Source: Octopus sinensis (lineage: Eukaryota). Taken from it: DNA of 64,000 nt. Position numbers and translations under genes: made by a program. The notes under the pieces were generated by a model. The model made no database searches, was not told the DNA's origin, and worked only from the letters and a program-made list of their open reading frames with translations. This document shows, one piece after another, positions 25,585-39,668 of this stretch. The stretch lies in assembly GCF_006345805.1 (NCBI RefSeq), contig NC_043002.1, forward strand, positions 36,704,001 through 36,768,000. Reading direction: 5' to 3'. Positions within the stretch are counted from its first letter, which is position 1. The number at the start of each line of letters is the position of its first letter.

Positions 25585-27165
25585 AAGCATATATATATGA
25601 ATATATATGTATGTGTACATATATGCACAAATGTAAATGAATTATATTTATACATACATGTGTGCATGTGTGTGCGTGAGAGAGAGAGAAAGAGAAAATG
25701 TGTGTGGGTGTGTGAGTGTGTGTGAATGTGTGTATGTGTGTGTGAATAAGTAAATGTTCTTATTAGTACAAAGAGGTCTACTATCCATTGGTATGCTATG
25801 GGCTGGCTCAGCTAGAGCTGTCAAAACCAGATGCAAATATCTTGAATAGAAAAACAAATGTGAAATGAAAATGATGGAAACTTTATTTATACAAAAAAAA
25901 ATGAAAAATAAAAAGTAAAAAACTTTCCTAAAAATAAAACAAACAAATTATAATTATATTTAACACTTCTCAGAAATTTTAGAGATTTTTCCAGAACTAG
26001 CTGCAGACAGTGTATACATGTATATGTATGTGCATGTGCAACATGTATTTGTGTATGCATGTGTGTGAGTGTACATGTGTGTGTGGATGTGTGGCTAAGA
26101 CTAGTCAATTGTTTTGTTATTCCTCCAGATATATTCTTCACCTTCAGATGAATTAAATAATGTTTTCTTAATCATGTATGAAAGAAAGAGATAAGGAAAG
26201 ATGGATATATATATATATATATATATATATACATGCATATATATAAAGAGAGAAAGACAGACAGATAGAAGGCAAATAAGGATGCAAAATTGTAGCATCC
26301 ATATAGTCTCAAAAGAGCACTAATTAGTGATGAGTATCTGGTTTTTCCAAGTGATCACTGAATAACTGCAAGGTGGATTTCATTTGCAAGGTATTTACTG
26401 CTGAATTGCTGTCTGTCACTCTTTCATATCAGGCACAGGCAATGCTGTGTGTTTAACACATGGTAGCTTCTCAGCAACGTTGTTCTTGCATTGATCATAT
26501 AGCATATTGCCCTCTTATATGTGTGTATGTGAGTGTGTGTGTGTGTGTGTCTGCTTGGTGATACAAACGGGAAAATATAACTCAAAACATGAATATATAT
26601 GTTTTTTATTGAATCTGCAGAAGTCACAGAGTGTCTTAAAGGTTAAGAGTTTCATGTATTGGCACTATATGTATTTGTCAATCAATCAATGAATCAATTA
26701 ATTAATCAATCAATCAATCCATCCATCCACCCATCCATCAAGATAGTTGTAATTTGCAGTTGCAGTCAGTTCAATTTGTCATGCCACCAGAACTAACAGA
26801 TATTATCACGTGCTCTTGCAAGAAAAAAGAAAGTAAACTATGAATGTTAATTTTAATTTTAATTTTAATTTATTAATAGCTCTTTTCTCTTTACATATTC
26901 CATTTTAGTACATATTTTTGATAAGGTTTTTCAAAAACTGACACATGTAAATGCATTAATATTAAAGGAAAATTTAAATGTACCCAATTTTAAGAAAGTA
27001 GCAATTTCGTCCTTGTTTATATATACACATACATACACATATTGTAGAAGTTGGATCTATTTAATAACAAGTTGTTGACTCAGGCTTGATTTACTCACTG
27101 TTTTGTAGTAGATAGTAACTTTGTTAATTCTCATGAAATATGTATGTATGTATGAATGTATATAC

Positions 27166-27655
27166 GTACGAGGGGACAGCCACTTTTGAGAAATCTCGAG
27201 TTGCACATGAGAAAGTAAGGAGAGATGTCAGGAAGGGCATCGCTGTTACACTTCCAGATGGGAAAGGTCTTCCTTTGATGCTGACATGCAAAGTCTGTGC
27301 AAGACCCTGCCTCAGTAAAGCTGGACTCAAGAGTCATCTTCGTAGTCATAAATGAGACAGATGAGTGACAACCTGGCCACTGGTGGTGGTGTAACACACC
27401 ATACTAAACATATCTGTTGGGTATGTGGAAGAGAGTGTAATTCAGCAGGAGGACTTAAGCGACATGCAAAGGTACATGAAGCCCAGTTACAACTACAGCT
27501 GGCTATAACCGGTAAAGGTTTTAGTTGCCAATTCTGTACAAGACATTGTAGATCTTTAGCTGGGCTAAAAAGTCACATTCGATCACAGCACAAGTAACAG
27601 TTGAGCTTCGTGCAATGGCCATACTCGATAACGAGGGGGCAGCCATAAAAAAAAA
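27166..27655 (+). mobile_element. 3' end of a BovB-like RTE LINE with three C2H2 zinc fingers
   Basis: EGTATFEKSR...RRDVRK followed by CKVC..HLRSH, CWVC..HAKVH and CQFC..HIRSQH. RTE-like terminus atggccatactcgataacgagggggcagcc plus A-run. Frame break at 27352-27355. Confidence 0.8.
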
Positions 27656-29256
27656 ATGTATGTATGTATATATTTATATGTATGGATACATATGTGTATG
27701 TGTATCTGCATCTTTGTCTGTGCTCATGTTTGCATTGGGATATAAACTGAGTTAAATAAAATGTTAATTTTAAATTGCATCATTTGTGCACCATAACTTA
27801 GCAGTTTGAGATTAGAAGATGATAAAATAAGTACTAGGCTGAAATATGTCTAATACGTGGAGATGATATGATATAACAATTTCCTCAAATTACATTCTGA
27901 TTTCACAAGATGAAGTGTTTTTTAAAAATAAATCCATAAAATTATATTTTATATGAGAATGGTATACACCATTTCGATAAATGTTTTTTAATAAATTCTC
28001 TTTTTAAAACAATTTTTGTTTTATCTAACGTCTAAAATTAGTGTAATGGGTTTTGTCTATGAAATACAGTTATGGTTTCCTTGATTTTTGGAAAACCGTA
28101 TATGGATTTCACGACAGAATGAGTTTAGGAGCCACTGTGATAAACTAAATTCTTGCTGGTGATGTCACACTCTTGTTACAATCCTATGAGTTGAACCAGT
28201 AAAATCATAAAATGAATGCCATATATGAACCAATATCAAATATAATGTATTAAAGTTTTTTTATGCTATCCAATGTTTGGCTTAATAATCAGATGTTTAA
28301 AAGGAATGACATGGGCCATTGTGCATATTGATGTTGATTTCTATCAGGCACAAAGCTATAGATTTTGTAGAGAGGAGTATAAGTCACTAAATTTAATCTT
28401 GTACTTGACTGGTATTTTATCAATTCTTGAAGGATGAAAAGCAGGGCCGGTGTAGCAGTATTATAACTCCCACCAGGTAAATCAATGAACTGGGCCCTAT
28501 AATACTTATTTATAGACAGCAAACCACAGCATACACAGATTAGAATAGGGCCCCTAGACCTCTAAGGTCTTTGGGCAATTGCCCAGTGTGCTCCTGCCTA
28601 AAGACAGCATTGATGGGAAGCAAAGCTGATCTGGGTAGGATTTGAACTTAAAGTATAAAGAGATGTAAGTAAATACAGCAAAGAATTTTGTCTGCTGCTT
28701 CACCACCTCTATCACCATCTTATATGATACAAAAGCTGTCATAATACATCACTGCTTCAATATCTAGTTGAAGTCATCCTCAATTAAGATAAACCAACAT
28801 TTTATGCTACAAAAAATCCATAGCTGTCAGTGTTGCAAATAAGTATGATTTGGTAGCATGTACCATGATTTTGCTCACTGTTTAGGTGCTATGTAGTCAT
28901 AAACAACTGCAAACATCCTCTTGACCCTCTCACAGCTTACTCAGCAAAACATCCAGAATGTGACAGTAGGAGGAAGAGAGGGCTGCACTAATACTCAGTT
29001 TCTTCTCATTTCAGCTGTAAATTGGAATAAAGTGCTCAAAGGCACCATATAACAATCTAATGATTGTGAGGAGCTCAACACCTTTACCAGTAGGTCAAAC
29101 ACCTTTATTATGCACTACAACTATAAAGAAATGTTGCTGGTGTTTCAACAGAGGTTTAACTTGTTAAATATTGCTAGATATAAAAACCTAAGATCATGCT
29201 GTCTTCACCATCCCAACTAGTATTCAAGAAATAAAAAGTCATTAATGATGGTAGAA

Positions 29257-29562
29257 TGGAGGCACAATGGCCCAGTAGTTAGGGCAGCGGACTCGTGGTC
29301 AGAGGATTGCGATTTCGATTCCCAGACCGGGCGTTGTGTGTGTTTATTGAGCAAAAACACCTAAAAGCTCCACGAGGCTCCAGCAGGGGGTGGTGGCAAC
29401 CTCCGTTGTACTCTTTCACCACAACTTTCTCTCACTCTCTCTTCCTGTTTCTTGAGTAACGCTGCAATGGACTGATGTCCCGTCCAGTTGGGGGAACACA
29501 CACGCCACAGAAATTGGGCCCATGAGCCTGGCTAGGCTTGAAAAGGGCGACGTTTATCGTTT
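29257..29562 (+). mobile_element. tRNA-derived SINE with MetaSINE-like core and perfect 15-bp TSD
   Basis: A/B-box-like head (tggcccagtagttag; gatttcgattccc), core gctgcaatggactgatgtcccgtccag. TSD ttaatgatggtagaa at 29242-29256 and 29563-29577. Confidence 0.85.
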
Positions 29563-29687
29563 TTAATGATGGTAGAAAAGGTTAGAATTGTAGCAATGCT
29601 CTGAAAGACGTAGTAATGAAAGAATGTTGTATTTCATATGAACATGAAGAAGAGGAAATATTTGTACTTAAAACAAATAATACTTAC

Positions 29688-29814
29688 TTGCACACCTAAA
29701 ATTCCAAATATGATAAAGAATGTGCAACATATAAGCACGATGTTTCCAATCGGTCTCAGAGAAGACAATAGAGTCTGCACTACTAATTTTAACCCTGGTG
29801 CTCGGCTGATCACT
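29688..29814 (-). CDS. Cav3: Cav3 exon, IIIS4-S5 linker and IIIS5 ([42 protein letters not shown])
   Basis: tttttcag|A ... CAA|gtaagt, 127 nt. Near identical to vertebrate Cav3 IIIS5 as I recall it. Confidence 0.98.
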
Positions 29815-31699
29815 CTGAAAAATAATGAGAAGAAATATTAAAAAAAGTTTTTTTTTTCTCTCCTAGCATTTATCTTGTTACTGCAGCATCTGTGTTTTGC
29901 ATATTGATGCAACTGAGATGTTGCTTCAACCAATGCATCTTTCCCTCTAACAAGGGTCCAACCCATGCTAGCATGGAAAACGGACGCTAAATGATGATGA
30001 TGATGATGATGAACAGAGGCCAATCACTGTTAATCAAGCCTCAATGACCTTATTATTTGCAACAAGGCGTTTGGTGACTGAAAGTGGAATTTGAACTCAG
30101 AATGTAAAGAGCCAGAACAAACACTGCAAGACATCACATCCTTTTCTCTAAGAATTCTTTTAATCCACCACTTTTGACTGGCATTTTATTTATTGATCCC
30201 CCGAAAGAGGAAAGGCAAAGTTAACCTTGGCAAGATTTGAACTCAGCATTGAAGAAAGCTGGAACATATACCTCAAAGAATTTCATCACACACTTTAACC
30301 CTTTAGTTTTCAGATTATTCTGTCAAATGTAATGCTTATTTATTCAGATTCTTTTAAAGACATCATGCATTGTCTCATAGCTTTGAGACTGTGATGATGT
30401 GATTGTTTGTTTTTAGAATGACATTGGCAATCAGATGTGAGAAGTTGGATTAAGCCAGTTTGATCATAAAACAGATAGAATATTTGGGCTGGAGATGGTC
30501 TGTTTAAATGCTAAAGGGCTAATGACTCTGCCAAGTTCCAGCCCTAAGCATATTTAAAAGATAATGAATAATGTAGAATTTAATTTAAAGATCTCTAACA
30601 CAAATAAAAAGTCACTTGATTGAATGTCAGTTTTTAGACATACTGGCAAAGGTACTTAAAACTCAAATTGCCTAATAACTAAGCTGGAAATTAACTCACA
30701 GAAAGGTACAGTTCAATGCGCATAGCAGTGAAAGCGCCAAATAATTGATAAATACGGTTTCTTAATTTAGTGGGCTGAATTAATATCCTCTTGTGGGCTG
30801 GGAAAAGGCAAATGGAAATCGACACCTATGTGCTTCCCTTCAGTTATTACATGAAGAAAAAGGGTTCATTTAGTCCCTAACAATCACGTAGGTTGTGAAG
30901 CCTTACAAAAAATATATTTAAGGAGAAAACTCATGAGTATTATATGGATAAGAAAATACAATATCAGCTTATAGAATGTCTGTTCCTATCCTTTTACCCT
31001 TTCTATTTCATCACATTTTTGAAAGAAAGGAAAAGGTAAAACATAGAAATAAACAGGGGTTTACCGGCTGCACAGAGGATAGTAAGGAAGGATTGATGTA
31101 TTAGCAATGTATCAAACTGACTGGAAATCAATAAGTATCTCAGTGACTTACTCTTCATTAATTCTTCAATGCTGTATTGGTGATTTTCTTATTTCATTAT
31201 AATTACTTTCATAGCTTCTCATAGTAAAATCACTTTTTATTAAGATTATCTATCTTCTGTATAGGTTTTTTTTCCACCCCTTTCTTCTTTTTAATACTAC
31301 TTAATTTATCTTCTTGTAATAATTGAATAACTAAATGGAAAATAAAAAAAAAAAAACTATGTTGCTTCATTGGCTAACTGTGAGCAACCGATGAAAGAAC
31401 TGTTTAATATTAGCTTGCAAGAATGTTTAATTCTTTTTTTCTTGGTTCTTACTACTGTTTTATTAATGAGATAAACCTGGAAATAGTATAGAAAAACATT
31501 TCACCAATTCTGTGATTAAGATCTGAGAAATAACTATTGCTGCAGGAAAATGCAATGCCAAAGCTGATTAAGAAACTCGCAAGATTTGGCAGCTAAGATC
31601 TTTTCATGTGAAAGAACATGTTATACAAATAGATACATCCATGGAAACAGTAACTAATGAAATACTTGGTCAATTCATAAAATGCTTTCCATAGCTTAC

Positions 31700-31884
31700 C
31701 GTAGTGGCCTCAGGGTTCGTAGCAATCTAAACACTCGTAAAATTCCAAAGATTCTTGGACTACTCTGTGCCGTACAAGAGATAGTGATGTCGATAAGGGA
31801 AATAATTACTAAAAAACCATCCATTATATTCCAGCCACTTTTCAAATATGCATGTCTTCCTATTATCCAGCCTTTGGCCAGAAC
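31700..31884 (-). CDS. Cav3: Cav3 exon, IIIS3-S4 (VLAKGWIIGRHAYLKSGWNIMDGFLVIISLIDITISCTAQSSPRIFGILRVFRLLRTLRPLR)
   Basis: ttttag|GTT ... CG|gtaagc, 185 nt. Carries the S4 voltage sensor R-x-x-R repeat. Confidence 0.98.
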
Positions 31885-33529
31885 CTAAAAGAATAAAAGA
31901 TAAAAGTTAATGTAAAAGAATTTAATAAATATGACGATATTAAAAATAAAAATAGGAAGAAAAAAAGAATTCCCAACATCACTTTTTGATTTATTTTAGA
32001 TTTCATTTTAGATTAAGTGTTATATTCTTCTATTGATGTATATAACTTGTACACAACCGTAGAATGGAACAGTAGTAGCACCACTTTTGCTACTGCAGCT
32101 GCCAACATTACAACTTGCTCAAAAAGTTGGTGTGTTTCAAAAACTGAATAATCTGATGTCAGCAGATTGACAATGATTGACAAGCTTAATGGAGGGATCC
32201 TTTATTTGGTCATGTGACCCATTAGGAATAACAGTCAAGTTTCCACCAAACCATACTGTTGTGCATTAAAAACAAAAAGGTAAAAATTATATAATCTAAT
32301 ATGAGAAAAAGATTAGGTGGTCATGATTCCAATGCCTGCCAACAGAAGTCTATTGAATTAAGTTTGAGTTGAGGTTAATATGACCTTAAAAGATATGTCA
32401 GTGATGCTATTTTTTTCCCTTTATCCTTTTCCTGCCATGCAGGTCATACAACCATGTCAGCAAATCCAGGTCAGCTCTGACTGGGCAAACATGTTATCAA
32501 ATGTGCTCCAGCTGTAACCATCCTGTCTTACTTTCAGTCTGGAAACTCAGAATCACATGATCTAATGTATCCTTCCTTTATTTCACGTTGCTCCAGTTTA
32601 CTCAGCTGTAGAAATGAGTTGTGATGTCACTGATGCCAAGCTGTATCAGCCTTTGCCTTTCCCTTGGATAACATCAGTGATGTGTAAAGGCAAATTTGAT
32701 GTGCATGGGCGATTGCTGGTCTTTCATAAACAACCTCGATCAAACTTCTAGGTGCAATCCCATGGGTATTCATGACTGAAGGAGGTCTTTACCTTTACCC
32801 TTTTTACATTGCCTCCCCTGTATGCTGTATGAAGCTATTTAAAGGGTTAGTGTGAAGATAGCTATTTAGCTGTCAAACAGTGCCTTAAAATAATCTCATT
32901 CAGCTTATACCAGCATGGTAAACTGAACTGATGATGGTGATAATGATGATGGTGATGATTATGATGATGATGATTATGATGACGACAACGACGATGATGA
33001 TGATGATGATGTTGATAATTATGATGTTGCTGACTAATTTAATAAAAAGTTTAAAATTGAAATCTAGTTGTATTTTTAATAATGCATGTTTAAAAGAAAA
33101 GCTGTTACACGAATACAACACTTGCAACCCCACCCACACAAACATGCACCACAAGCGTGCAAACACATGCATACACTGCATGTAAGTAGGTGCACACACA
33201 TATATACACGCACACATATGCATGCCACACACACACACTTTGTGCCTGCATGCATAACATATACATGTCCATACATATGAGTTAATAATGTAGCTTCTAA
33301 GTGGTCACTTGACCTGCTAGAAATATTAGCCAAAAACCCAGAAATTATATTTGCCATCTTAAAGAGGAATCACAATCATTATATAAAGATAGATCTAGAT
33401 AACTCTAAAAAAAGATGGGATGATCACAACTGGAATGCCTTTGAAAATAGGTCTGGCTAATCAAAGTTGACTCAGGTTTAGACAACAATAACATTGCATA
33501 CTGTCATGCTTACATACCCTAACCCCACA

Positions 33530-33720
33530 CATGCATACATACATACATGTACATATATATATGTATGTATGCATGTATGTATGTATGTATGTATGTATGT
33601 ATGTATGTATGTATGTATGTATGTATGTATGTATGTTGTATGTATGTATGTATGTAGTATGTATGTATGTATGTATGTATGTATGTATGTATGTATGTAT
33701 ATATACATATATATATATAT

Positions 33721-33782
<62 letters not shown>
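33530..33782. repeat. (TATG)n, (CA)n and (TA)n compound microsatellite
   Basis: Direct inspection. Confidence 0.95.
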
Positions 33783-34387
33783 CCAGCTAAGCCCAGTTTC
33801 ACCCGGTTGGTTTGGATGATCTGGTTGTAAAACCTGCTCTGTGTAAGCATTCGACTTGTTTGGGCATGCTTGTATTAAAAAACAATTTTAGAATGACTTT
33901 TTTCTGTCAAAATGCTAAAAATAACTAACAAACAAAAACGAACAACCAAGATTCAACCAAATCTAGAAATAAACCCAAATACTAAGCAAACAAAGATGAG
34001 CCATCTCACTTCCATTGCACGTGTGCACTCACACACACATACTAACACACACACAAACACATTCACATACTCCCTTTTACATATATATATTCACACAGAG
34101 TTGAAATGCTGTTTGGTTTATTTTTTTCAGCGTACACTACCAAGTATGACATCACCCCTTTCTTCCTTATTCATCTATCATTCCTTCCTTTCTCATTCAT
34201 AAACACAAAAGTATTATTATAGTATATCATCTCAGTAACCATGGGAGCTAAGCAAAAATACAAAGCCCAGCATCATCTCTGGATCATTCTACACATCTGT
34301 GTAATTTTTCATGCAATTCTACCCAGCCATTTGATCGTGAATCCCAAGACAAGAAAGAATCGCCTGTGCCAAATTTATATGTATAGA

Positions 34388-36270
34388 CTAGCAGAGATAC
34401 CCGGCGTTGCCCGTGTCACATGGAATTGAAGAATTAGACTTTTCTTTTATACTTTCTCTAATGAACTGAATTACCTATGATTTGAATTTCATCAAAATTG
34501 GAGATTAAGAATTTTGATGGGGGTTCTTTCCCCCTTTACACACCCTAACAAAAATTCTAATTATGACATATTTATCCAATACCACTCATCTTGCCCAGAT
34601 TTCAAAATCCAAATCTTATAAAACCCATTCAAAGGTTTTTGCTCCTGAAAGATGGAGCGCATGGAGCTCTAAAACGTGGGAGTTAAGGCCCCTATTGGTG
34701 GGGGGGAGTCTTAAAGTCAACCAGAGAAGTTGAATTGTTGGGAATCTTTTTTAACATGTATCTTATATCTATTGTTCAAATTTATTTGAAATTGGAAATA
34801 TATGAATGTTTGCTAGGTTTGTAAAAGAGAGCAAAGCTAGAGGAAACCAAAAGACAAATGATCACAATAAGTAGTCAGCTACCCTACCCTAGTTGTTACC
34901 ACTCCCCAATGTAGGATTCCTCACCATACAGGTGACTGGCACAGCTGTAAGATGCATTATGGATCTATAGCAGTTGGAAGGGTGTGACCCAACTCAAATA
35001 AACATTAACAACTGTGTGACATGTGGGGTAAAGGGAAATGAAAGTGTCACCTCTGGAGTTTGCCAATAATCACTATGCCAATAAATAACTGAACAGAATG
35101 AAATTGCAATCTATAAATCTCTTTGAATGGCCAATCACTTATCTGGAAAGGCCTTGAAATCAATGTTACCATCTCGGGACTATCTCTGACCCAGTAATAA
35201 TAAGAAGTTTCAAAGGAGGTCTGCAACCAAATAACTTTACTCAAAATAACACTTTGCAACTGAATCAATGGAGGCAAAGATGCATCTCCTTTGCTTGACA
35301 ATTTATGCACCACATTGCAGAAATCACAATCTAAGTATATCTCAAAGCAAACTCTTACACTGTTGTACCATTGAATTACAAATAATGCTCATCATGTATC
35401 CTCAGGTGATTCTACAGCTTCCAAGACTACAATTGTATTTATCTTGGCTTAGGAAAAATGACTAAATTGTGGGGGTTAAGCTTCCATTAAGGGGTCTTAC
35501 TAACCTCTTAAGAAATTAAAACTTTAGGAATATTATCTATGGTTAAAATTTCATCAACAGCAAAAATATATGAATTTTCATGGGAGTTGTGGCCTTATTT
35601 ATGATCCCTCACTTTCAAACATATACTGCTTTACATCCGCCCTTATGCATAGACTATAATTTCCAATTTTCATAAAGATCCATTCAGTACTTTTGACCTT
35701 TTTTTAGATCATAAAAAATGACTAAAATTTGAGACTTAAGGCACCCATTAGGGGTCTTAGAATCCTCATAAGAAGCGGAAACTTCGGGAATACTTCCTGA
35801 TTGTGTCAATTATCTATGGTTGAAATTTCATCGATATCGGAAATTTATGAATTCTCATGGTGGGGTTCTGCCCTCTTTAAGACCCCTCAAATTGAAACCA
35901 AACATACTGCATTCTACTCACCTTTATGCATTGAATCTAAGTTCCAAATATCATAAGGATCCAGTCAGTAATTTTGGTCCATGACAAATGACTAAAATTT
36001 GGGGTTAAGCTCTTATTAGGTGGTCTTAGAATCATTCAAAGAAATGGAAATTTTGAGTATATTTAAAAATTGATTTCTAATACTTATCGTTCAAATTTCA
36101 TCAAAATCCAAAGCGTATGAATTTTCACGGGGGTGGTGGTGGTGGTGGTTCCCCCCCCCATTTATGCCCTCTCAAAATTGTATGAAACACATGGCATTAC
36201 CCTTCTCCCTAGGCTTGGATGTTGTTCAGTCCAGTATATAATATATTTTATTTATATTATTATATGATTG
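34388..36270 (+). mobile_element. Helitron-like non-autonomous element with internal 260-270 bp tandem units
   Basis: 5' ACTAGCAGAGATACCCGGCGTTGCCCG resembles Helitron-like (Lep1-type) starts. Units beginning atgactaaa at 35458, 35718 and 35988. Confidence 0.55.
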
Positions 36271-36967
36271 AACGCCATGCATCTATTTCCAAGTAAGTTT
36301 ATCGTAATAATTTTGATGTAACTCTCCTCTGTACTGTTTTCTCCCTCTCCTCCTTTTGTTTTTCCCTCTCTTCCTTTCTCTAATTCTTTTTCTCCCCTTC
36401 TCTCCCTTTCATTTTTTCCCTCTCATCCTTTCTCTAATTATTTTTTCTCCCCTTCACCATTTTCTATCCATCCCTCAATCTCTCCCTCTTCCTCTTTTAC
36501 TCTCTCGTTGCTCACACGTGACCATCATCCATCTTTTTTTTTCCACACATGTTCATCTTTCTTTTCTTTCAGTGTGTTGCACTGATCACACGTATTCTTG
36601 TCTGTCTCCTCTCTTATCTTTTCTCCTGTCAAAGAATGTTCCTCAGTGTTCATCACCTTACCCCATCTGGCTTAACAGCCCTCACTATTTGTTTCACTGT
36701 CCTGTTTTTGTTACCAACTTTGACACTCCACAAAATCCCAAATTTTATTTTGGTTTGTGGGAGCAACTGTTTTCTCGAAGGCACATATTGTCATGAATTT
36801 CTCGAAATGTGGATTTGATAAACATCCGACAACTTGTCTTGTTTTCCATTTGTTTCTCTGGTTGTTTGCAAAAAAAGTTTGTCTTCAAATTTCATGTTGT
36901 TTTTCGTATTTCGGATTTCATGTTTTCATATTTCATGATGTTTACATTTTGTGACTTTCTGTACCCA

Positions 36968-37335
<368 letters not shown>

Positions 37336-37396
37336 TATTATTTATATTATTATATGATCGAATGCCCCACATCCATTTGCAAGTAAGTACATATAT

Positions 37397-37436
<40 letters not shown>

Positions 37437-37438
37437 TT

Positions 37439-37469
<31 letters not shown>

Positions 37470-37982
37470 TGCATGCGTGCACACAAACGCTAAGTCCAAG
37501 AACTAAGGTAATCGTTCACTATGATGGTTCCAACATGACATGGTTCAGATAAAGCATGTATATAAATGATTGGGTAATATTGGTTTCAAATTTTGGCAGA
37601 AGGCCAGCAATTTTTGGGGAAGGGATCAGGCTGATTATATCAACCCCCAGCTCCTGATTGGTACTTATTTCATCTAACTTGAAAAGATGAAAGGCAAAGT
37701 CGACCCCATCAGAATTTGAACATAATACTGCAAAGCATTTTACCCAATGTGTTAATATTCTGTCAGCTCACCACTTTAATGATTGTGTAATATTTACAAC
37801 ATATTACATGTGATCCATGTTCATCTAATCAGACGAAGGTATAAAAAGCAATTTCAAGTGACACTTGGAAAGTTACAAGATGTATATTTAAGACCACAGC
37901 GGAGGAATTTACATACACACAGAAAGATCTTTTGATATATAAATAAGAAACAGTGTGTATATATATATATATATTATATATA

Positions 37983-38030
<48 letters not shown>

Positions 38031-38576
38031 AAATGGTACCTGTGCCAGTGGCATGTAAAAGCACCCGTTACATTCTTGGAGGGGTTGGCATTAGGAAGGG
38101 TATCCAGGTGTAGAAACCATGCCAAATTAGACTGGAGCCTGGTGCAGCCTTCCAGCTTGGACAGCAGATGTTAAATGATGATGATGATTATATATATATA
38201 TATAGCTCAAATTTACAGAATACAAAAGACAAAGACAGGTGAGGGAACAACAGGCAAGTGTATTAGTTTGATACTCGTGAAGAATTGAAAAGTCTTTGAT
38301 ATTTTGAGCCTATGCTCTTCGACAGAAAGGGTTGAGAGGAAAAAATGGAGAGAGGAAATAGATGTGTAAGGATTGATGGTTCACGGCATGTAAAAGCACC
38401 CATTACACTCTCAGAGCAGTTGGCATTAGGAAGGGCATCAAAATATAGAAAACCATGCCAAATCAGACTGGAGTCTGGTGCAGCATTCCAGTTTACCATC
38501 CCTGATAAAACCACCCAACCCATGGACAACGGACGTTAAATAATGATGAAGATATATATATATAAAACTGACTTAC

Positions 38577-38645
38577 TTTTAATGTCATCTCCAATGAAAA
38601 TATCACAGTAAAGCCATAATTAGAATAAGTGAGAAATAATCGCTC
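38577..38645 (-). CDS. Cav3: Cav3 exon, IIIS2 (ERLFLTYSNYGFTVIFSLEMTLK)
   Basis: tatcttttcag|GAG ... AAA|gtaagt, 69 nt, phase 0-0. Matches human [23 protein letters not shown]. Confidence 0.96.
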
Positions 38646-39230
38646 CTGAAAAGATAAAGTAAAAAATTTTTATGAAAAAAGAAAAAAAAAGAAACAAAAA
38701 ACAGTACAAAAGGTAATTTCAGAGATGCACTAGTTTAGTGAGTGGACTTTTTCTGTGATCATGATTTTAAAACGAAACAATTGCATTGGTGGAAGGGTCA
38801 CAGGAATGTTCAAAATTAATAAGTGCATACCATTATCCCTGACCAGATACAATTCCAAGTGTTGATGATCAGAATTTAGGAGATGTACAACAAAACTTTT
38901 TGACATTTTATTGTAGATAATTCCTTCTAACCTATGCACAACTCCATTTTTTATTAAAGAGCGAGGATTAGGCATTTACATCAAGTCCAACACTTAAGTG
39001 ATATCTCATTTTATTAACCCCATAGAAAATAAAAGAAAAACTGACCTTATCAAAAAAAAAAAAATAGAGTGAATGTAAATGCCTGTGTTTAAACTGGATT
39101 TGATGACCCTTTATCCATGTAATACATACACACACACACATTTATATATATATGTAGGTATATATATGAGTGAGTGGACAACCGAAAGAAAAGGGCACTC
39201 AACACATTTAGTAGGTGTTACATGTATTAT

Positions 39231-39564
39231 TTAAAACAGTTTGATTTAGTTTCCATGCTACTTCAAGCTTCGCAGGTTCCTAATGGAGCCCATCTCCTTC
39301 AAGGTCTGAAAAAGCTGAATGAAGAGATTCAGGAAGTTCAAGATGACTACTCGAAGAAGGGGGCTGCTATTGGTCAAGGTAGATCACATGGCACCATTAT
39401 CTACTGTAACACCTTATGACACTCCTTGACCAATAGCAGCTTCTCTTCCGGCAGCCATCTTCAACCTCCTCTTCATTAGGCTTTTTCAGAGCCCGAAGTA
39501 GATGGGCTCTGTTAGAGACGAGTAAGTCTTGAAGTAGTATAGAAACCAAATCAGACTGTTTTAA
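39231..39564. repeat. Imperfect inverted repeat, arms 39231-39379 and 39424-39564
   Basis: ttaaaacagt...gctgctattggtcaagg against ccttgaccaatagcagc...actgttttaa. Confidence 0.9.
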
Positions 39565-39565
39565 G

Positions 39566-39605
<40 letters not shown>

Positions 39606-39668
39606 ATAAAAAGGGTAAGACAACAAAGGAAAGAAAGAGACCTCGATATTATGTAAATAGAGGAATTT

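Noticed and set aside
29257-29330. tRNA-like sequences here and at the heads of other repeats
   Set aside because: These are SINE heads with A/B boxes that run into SINE bodies. No complete cloverleaf.
35458-36200. CRISPR-like or other spaced repeat array
   Set aside because: The units are long diverged tandem repeats without unique spacers, in eukaryotic intronic DNA.
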